A stretch of 64,000 nucleotides of DNA from the NCBI RefSeq assembly GCF_036365525.1, contig NC_090399.1:53414430-53478429 (forward strand). Direction: 5' to 3'. Source of the DNA: Heterodontus francisci (Eukaryota). Each line of letters opens with the position of its first letter. Positions within the stretch are counted from its first letter, which is position 1. This document shows positions 1 through 12,493 of this stretch, one piece after another. The position numbers were made by a program, and so were the translations under genes. The notes under the pieces are model-generated. The model was given only the letters and a program-made list of their open reading frames with translations, had not been told where the DNA came from and did no database searches.

Positions 1-3000
1 TTTAAATCTCTGCTTCCCTGCTCTCTCTCTCCGGCCACTGACTCCATCCTTTTGGTGTGCTTTTTAAATCTCTGCTCCCCTGCTCTCTCTTTCTCTGGCC
101 TCTGTGTCTGTCCTTTTGGTGTGCTTTTTAAATCTCTGCTCCCCTGCTCTCTCTCCGGCGTCTGTCTCTGTCCTTTTGGTGTGCTTTTTAAATCTCTGCT
201 TCCCTGCTCTGTCTCTCTCTCTGGCCTCTGTCTCTGTCCTTTTGGTGTGCTTTTTAAATCTCTGCTCCCCTGCTCTCTCTCTCTGCCTCTGTCTCTGTCC
301 TTTTGGTGTGCTTTTTAAATCTCTGCTCCCCTGCTCTCTCTCTCCGGCCTCTGTCTCTGTCCTTTTGGTGTGCTTTTTAAATCGCTGTTCCCCTGCTCTC
401 TGTCCGCCTCTGTCTCTGTCCTTTTGGTGTGCTTTTTAAATCTCTATTTCCCTGCTCTGTCTCTCTCTCCGGCCTCTGTCTCTGTCCTTTTGGTGTGCTT
501 TTTAAATCTCTGCTCCCCTGCTCTCTCTCTCTCTCTCTCTCCGCCTCTGTCTCAGTCCTTTTGGTGTGCTTTTTAAATCTCTGCTTCCCTGCTCTGTCTC
601 TCTCTCCGGCCTCTGTCTCTGTCCTTTTGGTGTGCTTTTAAAATCTCTGCTCCCCTGCTCTGTCTCTCTCTCCGGCCTCTGTCTCTGTCCTTTTGGTGTG
701 CTTTTTAAATCTCTGCTCCCCTGCTCTCTTTCCGGCCACTGACTCCATCCTTTTGGTGTGCTTTTTAACTCTCTGCTCCCCTGCTCTCTGTCTCTCTCCG
801 GCCTCTGTCTCTGTCCTTTTGGTGTGCTTTTTAAATCTCTGCTTCCCTGCTCTCTCTCTCTCTCTCTGGCCTCTGTCTCTGTCCTTTTGGTGTGCTTTTT
901 AAATCTCTGCTCCCCTACTCTCTCTCTCTCTCTCCGCCTACGTCTCTGTCCTTTTGGTGTGCTTTTTGAATCTCTGCTCCCCTGCTCTCTCTCTCTCTCT
1001 GGCCTCTGTCTCTGTCCTTTTGGTGTGCTTTTTAAATCTCTGCTCCCCTGCTCTCTCTCTCTCTTTCTCTGGCCTCTGTGTCTGTCCTTTTGGTGTGCTT
1101 TTTAAATCTCTGCTCCCCTGCTCTCTCTCCGGCGTCTGTCTCTGTCCTTTTGGTGTGCTTTTTAAATCTCTGCTTCCCTGCTCTGTCTCTCTCTCCGGCC
1201 TCTGTCTCTGTCCTTTTGGTGTGCTTTTAAAATCTCTGCTCCCCTGCTCTGTCTCTCTCTCCGGCCTCTGTCTCTGTCCTTTTGGTGTGCTTTTTAAATC
1301 TCTGCTCCCCTGCTCTCTCTTTCCGGCCACTGACTCCATCCTTTTGGTGTGCTTTTTAACTCTCTGCTCCCCTGCTCTCTGTCTCTCTCCGGCCTCTGTC
1401 TCTGTCCTTTTGGTGTGCTTTTTAAATCTCTGCTTCCCTGCTCTCTCTCTCTCTCTCTCTCTGGCCTCTGTCTCTGTCCTTTTGGTGTGCTTTTTAAATC
1501 TCTGCTCCCCTGCTCTCTCTCTCTCTCTCTCTCTCTCCGCCTCCGTCTCTGTCCTTTTGGTGTGCTTTTTAAATCTCTGCTCCCCTGCTCTCTCTCTCTC
1601 TCTGGCCTCTGTCTCTGTCCTTTTGGTGTGCTTTTTAAATCTCTGCTCCCCTGCTCTCTCTCTCTCTCTCTCTCTCTCCGCCTCCGTCTCTGTCCTTTTG
1701 GTGTGCTTTTTGAATCTCTGCTCCCCTGCTCTCTCTCTCTCTCTGGCCTCTGTCTCTGTCCTTTTGGTGTGCTTTTTAAATCTCTGCTTCCCTGCTCTCT
1801 CTCTCCGGCCACTGACTCCATCCTTTTGGTGTGCTTTTTAAATCTCTGCTCCCCTGCTCTCTCTTTCTCTGGCCTCTGTGTCTGTCCTTTTGGTGTGCTT
1901 TTTAAATCTCTGCTCCCCTGCTCTCTCTCCGGCGTCTGTCTCTGTCCTTTTGGTGTGCTTTTTAAATCTCTGCTTCCCTGCTCTGTCTCTCTCTCTGGCC
2001 TCTGTCTCTGTCCTTTTGGTGTGCTTTTTAAATCTCTGCTTCCCTGCTCTCTCTCTCTCTCCGGCCTCTGTCTCTGTCCTTTTGGTGTGCTTTTTAAATC
2101 TCTGCTCCCCTGCTCTCTCTCTCTGCCTCTGTCTCTGTCCTTTTGGTGTGCTTTTTAAATCTCTGCTCCCCTGCTCTCTCTCTCCGGCCTCTGTCTCTGT
2201 CCTTTTGGTGTGCTTTTTAAATCGCTGTTCCCCTGCTCTCTGTCCGCCTCTGTCTCTGTCCTTTTGGTGTGCTTTTTAAATCTCTATTTCCCTGCTCTGT
2301 CTCTCTCTCCGGCCTCTGTCTCTGTCCCTCTCTCCGGCCTCTGTCTCTGTCCTTTTGGTGTGCTTTTTAAATCTCTGCTCCCCTGCTCTCTTTCTCTCCG
2401 CCTCTTTCTCTGTCCTTTTGGTGTGCTTTTTAAATCTCTGCTCCCCTGCTCTCTCTCTCTCTCTCTCTCCGCCTCTGTCTCAGTCCTTTTGGTGTGCTTT
2501 TTAAATCTCTGCTTCCCTGCTCTGTCTCTCTCTCCAGCCTCTGTCTCTGTCCTTTTGGTGTGCTTTTTAAATCTCTGCTCCCCTGCTCTGTCTCTCTCTC
2601 CGGCCTCTGTCTCTGTCCTTTTGGTGTGCTTTTTAAATCTCTGCTCCCCTGCTCTCTTTCCGGCCACTGACTCCATCCTTTTGGTGTGCTTTTTAACTCT
2701 CTGCTCCCCTGCTCTCTGTCTCTCTCCGGCCTCTGTCTCTGTCCTTTTGGTGTGCTTTTTAAATCTCTGCTTCCCTGCTCTCTCTCTCTCTCTCCGCCTC
2801 CGTCTCTGTCCTTTTGGTGTGCTTTTTGAATCTCTGCTCCCCTGCTCTCTCTCTCTCTCCGGCCTCTGTCTCTGTCCTTTTGGTGTGCTTTTTAAATCTC
2901 TGCTCCCCTGCTCTCTCTCTCTGCCTCTGTCTCTGTCCTTTTGGTGTGCTTTTTAAATCTCTGCTCCCCTGCTCTCTCTCTCCGGCCTCTGTCTCTGTCC

Positions 3001-5190
3001 TTTTGGTGTGCTTTTTAAATCGCTGTTCCCCTGCTCTCTGTCCGCCTCTGTCTCTGTCCTTTTGGTGTGCTTTTTAAATCTCTATTTCCCTGCTCTGTCT
3101 CTCTCTCCGGCCTCTGTCTCTGTCCCTCTCTCCGGCCTCTGTCTCTGTCCTTTTGGTGTGCTTTTTAAATCTCTGCTCCCCTGCTCTCTTTCTCTCCGCC
3201 TCTTTCTCTGTCCTTTTGGTGTGCTTTTTAAATCTCTGCTCCCCTGCTCTCTCTCTCTCTCCGCCTCTGTCTCAGTCCTTTTGGTGTGCTTTTTAAATCT
3301 CTGCTTCCCTGCTCTGTCTCTCTCTCCAGCCTCTGTCTCTGTCCTTTTGGTGTGCTTTTTAAATCTCTGCTCCCCTGCTCTGTCTCTCTCTCCGGCCTCT
3401 GTCTCTGTCCTTTTGGTGTGCTTTTTAAATCTCTGCTCCCCTGCTCTCTTTCCGGCCACTGACTCCATCCTTTTGGTGTGCTTTTTAACTCTCTGCTCCC
3501 CTGCTCTCTGTCTCTCTCCGGCCTCTGTCTCTGTCCTTTTGGTGTGCTTTTTAAATCTCTGCTTCCCTGCTCTCTCTCTCTCTCTCCGCCTCCGTCTCTG
3601 TCCTTTTGGTGTGCTTTTTGAATCTCTGCTCCCCTGCTCTCTCTCTCTCTCTGGCCTCTGTCTCTGTCCTTTTGGTGTGCTTTTTAAATCTCTGCTCCCC
3701 TGCTCTCTCTCTCTCTTTCTCTGGCCTCTGTGTCTGTCCTTTTGGTGTGCTTTTTAAATCTCTGCTCCCCTGCTCTCTCTCCGGCGTCTGTCTCTGTCCT
3801 TTTGGTGTGCTTTTTAAATCTCTGCTTCCCTGCTCTCTCTCTCTCTCTCCGCCTCCGTCTCTGTCCTTTTGGTGTGCTTTTTGAATCTCTGCTCCCCTGC
3901 TCTCTCTCTCTCTCTGGCCTCTGTCTCTGTCCTTTTGGTGTGCTTTTTAAATCTCTGCTCCCCTGCTCTCTCTCTCTCTCTCTCTGGCCTCTGTCTCTGT
4001 CCTTTTGGTGTGCTTTTTAAATCTCTGCTCCCCTGCTCTCTCTCTCTCTCTCCGCCTCCGTCTCTGTCCTTTTGGTGTGCTTTTTGAATCTCTGCTCCCC
4101 TGCTCTCTCTCTCTCTCTGGCCTCTGTCTCTGTCCTTTTGGTGTGCTTTTTAAATCTCTGCTCCCCTGCTCTCTCTCTCTCTCTCTCTCCGCCTCTGTCT
4201 CAGTCCTTTTGGTGTGCTTTTTAAATCTCTGCTTCCCTGCTCTGTCTCTCTCTCCGGCCTCTGTCTCTGTCCTTTTGGTGTGCTTTTAAAATCTCTGCTC
4301 CCCTGCTCTGTCTCTCTCTCCGGCCTCTGTCTCTGTCCTTTTGGTGTGCTTTTTAAATCTCTGCTTCCCTGCTCTCTTTCCGGCCACTGACTCCATCCTT
4401 TTGGTGTGCTTTTTAACTCTCTGCTCCCCTGCTCTCTGTCTCTCTCCGGCCTCTGTCTCTGTCCTTTTGGTGTGCTTTTTAAATCTCTGCTTCCCTGCTC
4501 TCTCTCTCTCTCTCTGGCCTCTGTCTCTGTCCTTTTGGTGTGCTTTTTAAATCTCTGCTCCCCTGCTCTCTCTCTCTCTCTCCGCCTCCGTCTCTGTCCT
4601 TTTGGTGTGCTTTTTGAATCTCTGCTCCCCTGCTCTCTCTCTCTCTCTGGCCTCTGTCTCTGTCCTTTTGGTGTGCTTTTTAAATCTCTGCTCCCCTGCT
4701 CTCTCTCTCTCTTTCTCTGGCCTCTGTGTCTGTCCTTTTGGTGTGCTTTTTAAATCTCTCCTCCCCTGCTCTCTCTCTGGCCTCTGTCTCTGTTCTTTTG
4801 GTGTGCTTTTTAAATCTCTCCTCCCCTGCTCTCTCTCTCTCTCTGGCCTCTGTCTCTGTCCTTTTGGTGTGCTTTTTGAATCTCTGCTCCCCTGCTCTCT
4901 CTCTCTCTCTGGCCTCTGTCTCTGTCCTTTTGGTGTGCTTTTTAAATCTCTCCTCCCCTGCTCTCTCTCTGGCCTCTGTCTCTGTTCTTTTGGTGTGCTT
5001 TTTAAATCTCTCCTCCCCTGCTCTCTCTCTGGCCTCTGTCTCTGTTCTTTTGGTGTGCTTTTTAAATCTCTGCTCCCCTGCTCTCTCTCTCTCTCTCCAG
5101 CCTCTGACTCTGTCTTTTTGGTGTGCTTTTTGAGTCTCTACTCCCCTGCTCTCTCTCGCTCTCTCCAACCTCTGTCTCTGTCCTTTTGCT
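1..5190. repeat. Pyrimidine-rich minisatellite, ~62-75 bp unit with an internal variable (CT)n tract
   Basis: Unit CTCTGTCCTTTTGGTGTGCTTTTTAAATCTCTGCTCCCCTG(CT)nCCGGCCTCTGT is repeated head-to-tail from the window start and decays near 5190. Confidence 0.97.
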
Positions 5191-5624
5191 TCCAAGTCCG
5201 GAGCAAAACATCCATTCCAATGTCGGCCTTCCTTGTGCCAAAGAATTCAAGAAAGTAAACGACTGACCTCAGACACAAATGTCCAAATCCGATGGTGCAT
5301 GCCACTGTTACCCTAATGTGAACTAGGTGCCACTAGATTCCTGTGCACCGCTGACTTAATCTAGCAGGACTTAACTTGAAATAATGATGGGGTAATGAGG
5401 ATTCATGATTTGCAGATGTATTGAAAGCTGGAACCCACCACAGGAACCTCGACCCTCTGCAGACAAGCTGTTGTCTTAATCTAAAAAAAACCCTCCATCG
5501 GGAATGTGAGAAATCAGCTCACACCTAACTAAATCACCCCACCTGCCATGAAAGCTGTTCTGACAGAGCCCTTAAAATTCACCCCACTGGTGTCTGTTTC
5601 ACAGCCTGAATCTCAATCGGCCTG

Positions 5625-5637
5625 AGTTTCAGTTTCC
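5625..5637 (+). promoter_or_regulatory. ISRE (interferon-stimulated response element) of the class I promoter
   Basis: AGTTTCAGTTTCC is an exact match to AGTTTCNNTTTCY, ~245 bp upstream of the class I ATG. Confidence 0.8.
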
Positions 5638-5700
5638 TGGTAACTGGTGACAGGCGGCTGCTTATCCTTTTAATTGGGCTCTTTTCAGAGACTAACCAAT
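5636..5700 (+). promoter_or_regulatory. MHC X1/X2 box and Y box (SXY-type module) plus a second CCAAT
   Basis: CCTGGTAACTGGTGACA (5636-5652) resembles X1-X2. ATTGG at 5673-5677 lies ~20 bp downstream, the usual X-Y spacing. CCAAT at 5696-5700. Confidence 0.7.
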
Positions 5701-5871
5701 CATCCACCCTCTGGTTCTGCAGTTTTAGTTTAGGAAATGATGCAAGTTCAAGTTCGACAGTAAGGTCAAGTCTCAATGGGTTTGCTCTTTTACCAGACTC
5801 TGAACAGTAGTTTTGTCCCTCTCATGTTTTATTCCCAGTCACTGATGGAATAGGGACAGAGGATTCCCAGA

Positions 5872-5923
5872 ATGTTACTGATTCTTTTCTCCATCTCCCT
5901 GTGTTTTTCTTGGGTCCATGCCG
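5872..5923 (+). CDS. MHC class I heavy chain exon 1 (signal peptide)
   Basis: MLLILFSISLCFSWVHA is a hydrophobic leader ending at the phase-1 donor G|GTAAGT, directly downstream of the ISRE/X/Y module. Confidence 0.85.
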
Positions 5924-6077
5924 GTAAGTACAGGATTCAGCTTTCCATTCCTGGCATTTTACTGGGAGTGGGAGTGTCTGTGTCTGCAGGCAAAGTGTGT
6001 TACAATGTTGTCCTGACAGGCCTTTGTATGTGTGTGTGTCTCTCTCACTCCCTGTCTGTTTGTCTCTCTCACACCCT

Positions 6078-6826
6078 GGGCTGGATTTTACCTGACCCCC
6101 GACCTCAGTGGGTTGGTGGGGGGATTGTGGAAAATGCCTCTGGGAGAGGGCCGCAACGCACCCCGACGCCAGGAGCGCCCAGCCTGATACTACCAGCGGT
6201 GGCGAGGCCTCTTGGCAGTCACCCACTGCTCAGCAACGGGACCTCAATTTGAATATTTAAATAACTTAAAATGAGTGATTTAATTAAGCTCACGTCACTG
6301 CCTGATATCCCGCTGTGATCTTCAGCCCGGCGGCCGGCATTCCCACACTTTTGGATCCCTGTCCGGGGAAGTGAGGTGTAACACTGGTAGGGATGGGGAA
6401 GGAGGTAAGTTTATCAGTGCGGGGTTCGGCGGGGGGGGCGGTTTGTTGGGGCGAAGGGCAACGGGTTCAGATTGACGTCATGGGTGTGGGAGATGTTGGG
6501 AAGGGTTTTGTTTATGCAGTTTGGGGATTAATTTACTTGTTATTGAGTGGAGAGGGGCAAAAGGGATGTATTTATTTATTACAATTCAATTTACCTTTAA
6601 ATATGTAAATTAGCCGGTAGGGCTGACAGCTCTTTAAAAATGGCATCAGCACCTGCGCACGAGCAGCTGAAGCCATTGTTGGCGATGGGCAGTCTGCCCA
6701 CAGCATGTGATCAGGGGATGCAAATGAGCCGCCGCACAGAAGATTGCAGTGACTCTGGCGTGCAACTAGTGCGGGTGGGCAGCCATTTTATCATCTCACC
6801 GCCGAGATGATTATAAAATCCAGCTC
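6078..6826. mobile_element. Non-autonomous DNA transposon (MITE-like, possibly Harbinger-derived)
   Basis: Terminal inverted repeats GGGCTGGATTTTA (6078) and TAAAATCCAGCTC (6814-6826); no credible coding sequence inside. Confidence 0.6.
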
Positions 6827-6829
6827 CTT

Positions 6830-7995
6830 GTGTCTCTCTCACTCACTATGCGTGTGGGTGTCTCTCTCTCTCAATCCCTCTGTGTGTGTGTGTGTGTTTT
6901 TCACTCCCTCTGTGCGTGTGTCTCTCAATCCCCCTGTGTATGTGTGTGTTTTTCACTCCCTCTGTGCGTGTGTCTCTCAATCCCTCTGTGTATGTGTGTG
7001 TGTGTGTATGTATGTCTCTCTCTCACTCCCTCTGTGTGTGTGTGTCTGTCACTCCCTCTGTGTGTGTGTGTCTGTCACTCCCTCTGTGTGTGTGTCTGTC
7101 ACTTCCTCTGTGTGTGTGTGTATGTCGTTCCTTTACTCCGTGTGTATGCCTCTCACTCCCTGTGTGTGTGTGTGTCGTTCTTTCACTCCCTCTGTGTATG
7201 TCTCTCACTCCCTCTGTGTATGTGCGTGTGTGTGGTTCTTTCACTCCCTATGTGTATGTCTCTCACTCCCTCTGTGTATGTGTGTGTGTGTCTTTCACTC
7301 CCTGTGTGTGTGTCTCTCTCAATCCCTCGTGTGTGTGTGTGTGTGTATGTCGTTCTTTCACTCCGTGTGTATGCCTCTCACTCCCTGTGTGTGTGTGTCG
7401 TTCTTTCACTCCCTCTGTGTATGTCTCTCACTCCCTCTGTGTATGTGCGTGTGTGTGGTTCTTTCACTCCCTATGTGTATGTCTCTCACTCCCTCTGTGT
7501 ATGTGTGTGTGTGTCTTTCACTCCCTGTGTGTGTGTCTCTCTCAATCCCTCGTGTGTGTGTGTGTGTGTATGTCGTTCTTTCACTCCGTGTGTATGCCTC
7601 TCACTCCCTGTGTGTGTGTGTCGTTCTTTCACTCCCTGTGTGTATGTCTCTCACTCCGTCTGTGTGTGTGTGTGTGTGGTTCTTTCACTCCCTGTGTGTA
7701 TGTCTCTCACTCCCTCTGTGTGTGTGTGTGTCTCTCTCTCTCGCACTCCCTCTGTGTGTATATGTGTGTGTGTGTGTGTCTCTCACTCCCTCTGTGTGTG
7801 CGTGTGTCTCTCACTCCCTCTGTGTGTATATGTGTGTGTGTGTGTGTCTCACTCCCTCTGTGTGTGCATGTCTCTCTCTCTCGCACTCCCTCTGTGTGTA
7901 TATGTGTGTGTGTCTCTCACTCCCTCTGTGTGTGTGTGTGTGTGTCTCTCACTCCCTCTGTGTGCATATGTGTGTGTGTTTTTCTCTCTCTCTCT
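6830..7995. repeat. Compound (TG)n / CACTCCCT minisatellite in intron 1
   Basis: Repeated TCACTCCCTC(TG)n units. The Cys/Val-rich ORFs here are artefacts. Confidence 0.95.
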
Positions 7996-8435
7996 GTTTT
8001 TACTGGGATTGGAAATAAATAGGAGTTTCTTTCTTGCACTGTTTGTTGCACACAAGATTTAAAACGAGCTGATGGTTTCTGAGTCCCAGTTACAGGTGTC
8101 TGTTTAATGTTTGATCTGAAAGGATTGTATATAATGAATTTGCAGCTTCTAGAAACAGTTTTTTTGTTCCTGTACAGAACTTTCTGGTGCCTGCCTGACT
8201 GTTATCACTGTTTGAAGATTCATTGTGTTCAGTACTGCTTCCAGCTGCTTTTTGAGATACGGCTGCCTGTTCGCTGGTGTGAATGCACTGTCTGGCTTTA
8301 TTTCATAATTCCTGTCATTGATAACACATAGAGGATTGATTACTGGAGATCACTGTGTGGATGGGCTTCACTATCGTCAGGTGGTGGTGTTTGTAAATGT
8401 ATATTAACCTGTCCCTTTAATTGTTTGTTTTACAG

Positions 8436-8696
8436 ACAGTAATACCTTGACTGCAGTGTTTCTGGCAACCTCTGGCACAACTGAATTACCTGAGTATGTT
8501 GGTGTGGGATTGATCAATGGAGTTCCAGTAACCTATTACGACAGTAACACCCACCACATAGTCCCCCGGCAGCAGTGGATGACAGACTTGTTTGATGCAG
8601 AGCACTGGGATTTTCTCACAAATCAAGCAAATAAACATTCTGCCATGGCAAAGGAGAATTTGAAAACGGTAATGAAGGGGACAAACCAGACATCCG
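8436..8696 (+). CDS. MHC class I heavy chain exon 2 (alpha1 domain), non-classical
   Basis: Acceptor ttttacag|, donor G|GTAAGA, 261 nt. Translation DSNTLTAVFLATSG..PEYVGVGLING..YYDS..PRQQWM..EHWD..GTNQTS has class I alpha1 motifs including the N86 sequon NQT. Confidence 0.93.
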
Positions 8697-9094
8697 GTAA
8701 GATCAGTGATGAAGACCTGTTTAATGGGTGCCAGACCTGGAATACAGCCACAAACTTAGGCTTCCAATACGGTGGGCAGATTAATTCCCTCCCAGAAGTG
8801 CACCATCTGGTTGCTGCATAGCATTGAGGGTGTAAGTTGGAAATATGTAAAATAATGAATCAAATATTTCAATAAGGGCCCTGTGCTTGTTGTAGAACCC
8901 TGTTTTCATATTGACCTACCTGGAGCTTGATTCATCACGTAACTCCCAGTGCTAATAGGCAGGAAGGATCCTTCAATGGGGCTTATTTAAAAGGATCATG
9001 CAGTATTTACAAGTTAGTTGCTGGTTAACTTCTGGGCATTTTTAGTCCTATTTTCTGATTTCATTCGGATGTCTGCAAATAAGTTTTTGCTGGT

Positions 9095-9187
9095 ATAAAA
9101 ACAGAAAATGTTGGAAATACGCAGCAGGTTTGGCAGCATCTGTGGAGAGAGAAACAGAGTTAATGTTTCAGGCCTTTCATCAGAATG
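9095..9187 (-). mobile_element. Short Penelope-terminus-derived repeat
   Basis: Same family as the copies at 24950, 39815, 42315, 44030 and 45828; the last is attached to Penelope endonuclease coding sequence. Confidence 0.7.
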
Positions 9188-9464
9188 AACTTTTGTTGAT
9201 GCGGATCTGCTTTTGGCTGCATTGTTGCTTAGATGTTAGCTGTCATTGTTAATGGTTCTCTTTCCGTGGGTTCTGTCCCTCTCTCCTTCAAACCTACCGG
9301 CTTCACCCCTTGCAGCCCTGAAACTGGGCCTGGACAGCATAACCTGGGGCTGTCGAACTCACTGTGGCCCTCAACCTTTTTGCTCTGGGCTCCTTTCAGA
9401 CTGTGACCTACCTGACATGCCGCAGTTTGCAGTCAACTGCTTTGTTGAGTGGGAGTGGCCCTCC

Positions 9465-10550
9465 CACTTTGTGTCATCTGCAAATTTAGCTACCCATGCC
9501 TTCGCTCCCCTCATCTAAGTCATTGATAGAAATTGTAAAAGGTTGAGGCCCCAGTACAGACCCCTGCGGGACTCCACTTGTCACATTCCTCCAATCAGAA
9601 AAGGACCCATTTCTGCATACTTTCTATTTTCTGCCAGTCAGCCAATCTTCCATCCATACTAATATGTTACCCCCAACACCATGAGCTCCTACCTTGCACA
9701 ATAACCTTTTATGTGGCACCTTGTCAAATGCCTTCTGGAAATCCAAATACAGTATGTCAACAGACTCTGCTTTATCCAAAGCACATGTCACTCCTTCAAA
9801 GAACTCCAATAAATTGGTTAAATGTGATTTCCCTTTCACAAAGCCATGTTGACTATTCCCGATTACCTTGAGTTTTTCTAAGTGCCCAGCTATAGCCCCC
9901 TTAATAATCAATTCTAACACCTTCCCCATGACAGACGTCAAGCTAACTGGCCTATAGTTACCTGTTTTCTGTCTCTACTCCTTCTTGAATAGAGGGGTTA
10001 TATTTGCTACTTTCCAGTCTGATGGAATCTAGCGAATTTTGAAAAATTAACACCAACACATCATCTACCTCATTAGCCACCTCTGTTAAGACCCTAGGAT
10101 GAAGCCCATCAGGACCTGGGAACCTGTCAGCCCGCAGCTCCATCAGTTTGGTCAGTACCGCTTCCCTGCTGATTGTAATTTCACCAAGTTCCTCTCTTCC
10201 TTTTACCTCCTGATTTACAGCAATTGTCGGAATGTTTTTAGTATCCTCTACAGTGAAGACAGAAGCAAAATATTTGTTCATTTCATCCTCCATTTCCTTA
10301 TTATCCACTATTAACTCCCCATTCTCACTCTCCAGAGGACCAACACTCACTTTACTTACTCTTTTCCTTTTTAAATACCTGTAGAAACTCTTGCTATCCG
10401 TTTTTTCATTTCTAGCTAGCTTCCTCTAATACTCTAATCTCTTTCTCCTGATTAACCTTTTAGTCATTCTCTGCCATTCTTGATATTCTGACCAATCATC
10501 TGACCTGCCACTCATCTTTGCACAATGATATGCTTTTTCCTTAACTTCTT
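9465..10550 (-). mobile_element. CR1 LINE ORF2 fragment
   Basis: Minus-strand ORFs contain [32 protein letters not shown] and PGPDGLHPRVL. Confidence 0.92.
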
Positions 10551-10933
10551 TAGTTCTCTCTTAGAATTTGGCTGCAGTCAGGTGGGGAGTTGAACAGCAG
10601 GAACCATCCATGTCACACCACGTGGCTGTAACAAATTGGGAGCTCAAAGCCAGGATCTGAACCGCCAGACAAATGAGAGATTTGGAAAATGGGAGGAAAG
10701 CTGACCTCTAAAATTGTGGAAAAATAAACAAACAGGTTTTCTTGTATTCTTCTGTTTTTTTTTCTACTGTGCTAGAAACAAAAGAGATGGCCACATTTAA
10801 TGCTGAGGAGTTTGTAGAGTTGGGAGAGATATCCCATGATAAGTTAAACAAATTAATTATTGAAGATTTAAAAAGCTTAGCTACAGAGGTGGGAATCACT
10901 TTAAGGCAAAAAGCAAGGAAATCTGAACTTGAG

Positions 10934-12030
10934 TATTGTTGAAAATAGAGACATGTTGTCGAAGCTTTTTGTCTTGCACTCATCAAGACAATCCACAATA
11001 ATACCAATGTAAGGGGAAGCAACAACTTTATACTGTATGAGAAGAGAGTGCTGATTGGTTGGCAAGTGAATTCTGATTGGTAGAGGTGTTGCCATGGAGA
11101 ATGCACCAGTGTATGACTGACAGTTAACTGTCAAGCTTTGTTTGGAACTTAATCCAGGCAATTTGACTCTGTTCAAGGTATTGCTCTGAGGAATGAACCA
11201 GCGAATGGCTGTCACTTATTTTGTTCAGTTGAAACAAGTGCAATGTTTGGACATGTTCTTTCTGTCTGCAAAAGAACAGGGTCCTGTGTATTAATATATG
11301 TAGCTTCTAGTATGTGCGAGCCCTGCTGACAATCTTAAATTAGTTGTCAGAATAATTCTTATCATACTGAGGTGAATTTGAGCGCAGGATAGAGCACATT
11401 AAGACGTATGAGGAAATGATTACATGCAGCTACGTATTCAAATATCGCAAACGTATCATCTTCATATTGGAAAAATGCAAGAGTTAGGAGTTTAGGTGTC
11501 ATTCCCTTGAAGACACATTTCTCATGGAACACAACAAAGATGTTTGGGAGAGCTGGGCCTAGAGGGGATCCCATGGCAACACCATCTATTTGGGCATACA
11601 TAGTGTAATTAAAACTGAATTCAACTGTTGCCAAGTTCATAAGTTCAGTGAATACTGATTCATGCAATAGTGGTGGGTCTAGATCACCATGATATAGTGC
11701 TGTAGCGCAAATATCTATGGCTTCCTTAAGTGGTACATTGGTGAATAGGCTAGCAATGTCAAATGAGCACATGGACAAGGCATTGTTATCAATATGCAAG
11801 TCCTGTATGGTCTTCGCAAATGTGAAGGAATCCTTCACCGTGTCTGTGGAGAACTTGCTCAAAACTGGTTCTACCAATTCACCCAAACATTTGGCCAATT
11901 CATGTTGTGCAGAACTGGTCATTGATAAGATAGGGTATAGTCTTGGGCAGCCCATACATACATGGACACAACAAGCCGTGAGGACAAACCCTGTCACATG
12001 TGTCACTCGGCAGCTCATTACTCTTACACA
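10934..12030 (-). mobile_element. Penelope-like element fragment (RT) with terminal repeat
   Basis: ORF 11362-12018 has FDIASLFTNVP, QIDGVAMGSPLGPAL and YEDD (YVDD-like), typical of PLE RT. A decayed hammerhead-like motif sits at 10955-10992. Confidence 0.85.
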
Positions 12031-12493
12031 TGTCCAGAAAGGGTTTTAAACTGACCTGGTGAAAGGTCTAGCAAGCCATTTTAAACTTACCCCTGAACTA
12101 GCAGATGACAGCATGGAGCCACAGTGACTGAAAAAATCAATCCAGCTAGAAAAGATGAAAAAAGGAAGAAATACAGTTTCAATTTCAAAAGGAAAAAGAG
12201 GAAAGAAAGTTTTAGTTGAAAAGGGAAGTGATGCAGTTTCAGAAGGAAAAAAAGAGGAAAGAGAGATGCAAAGAGAGAAAGCAGCCAGAAGGTTTAAGTT
12301 ACAGAGACTAAAGGCCCAAAATGAAAATGCTACCAACCACTCAATCCTTGTCCCCAATTCAAAGCAAAACTTTGATGTGCTGAGACACTCAGGACTAGTG
12401 CCGAAATTTAATAAGGAGGTGTTTGAGTTATATTTTATCTCATTTGAGAATATAGCTACCAGGCTAAAATGGCTGAAAGAATTTTGGCCTCTC

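Noticed and set aside
52-5258. Many Leu/Ser/Cys-rich ORFs
   Set aside because: Translations of the CT-rich minisatellite, with frames shifting as (CT)n length changes.
6807-8062. ~400-aa Cys/Val-rich ORFs in all three frames
   Set aside because: (TG)n repeat translation.
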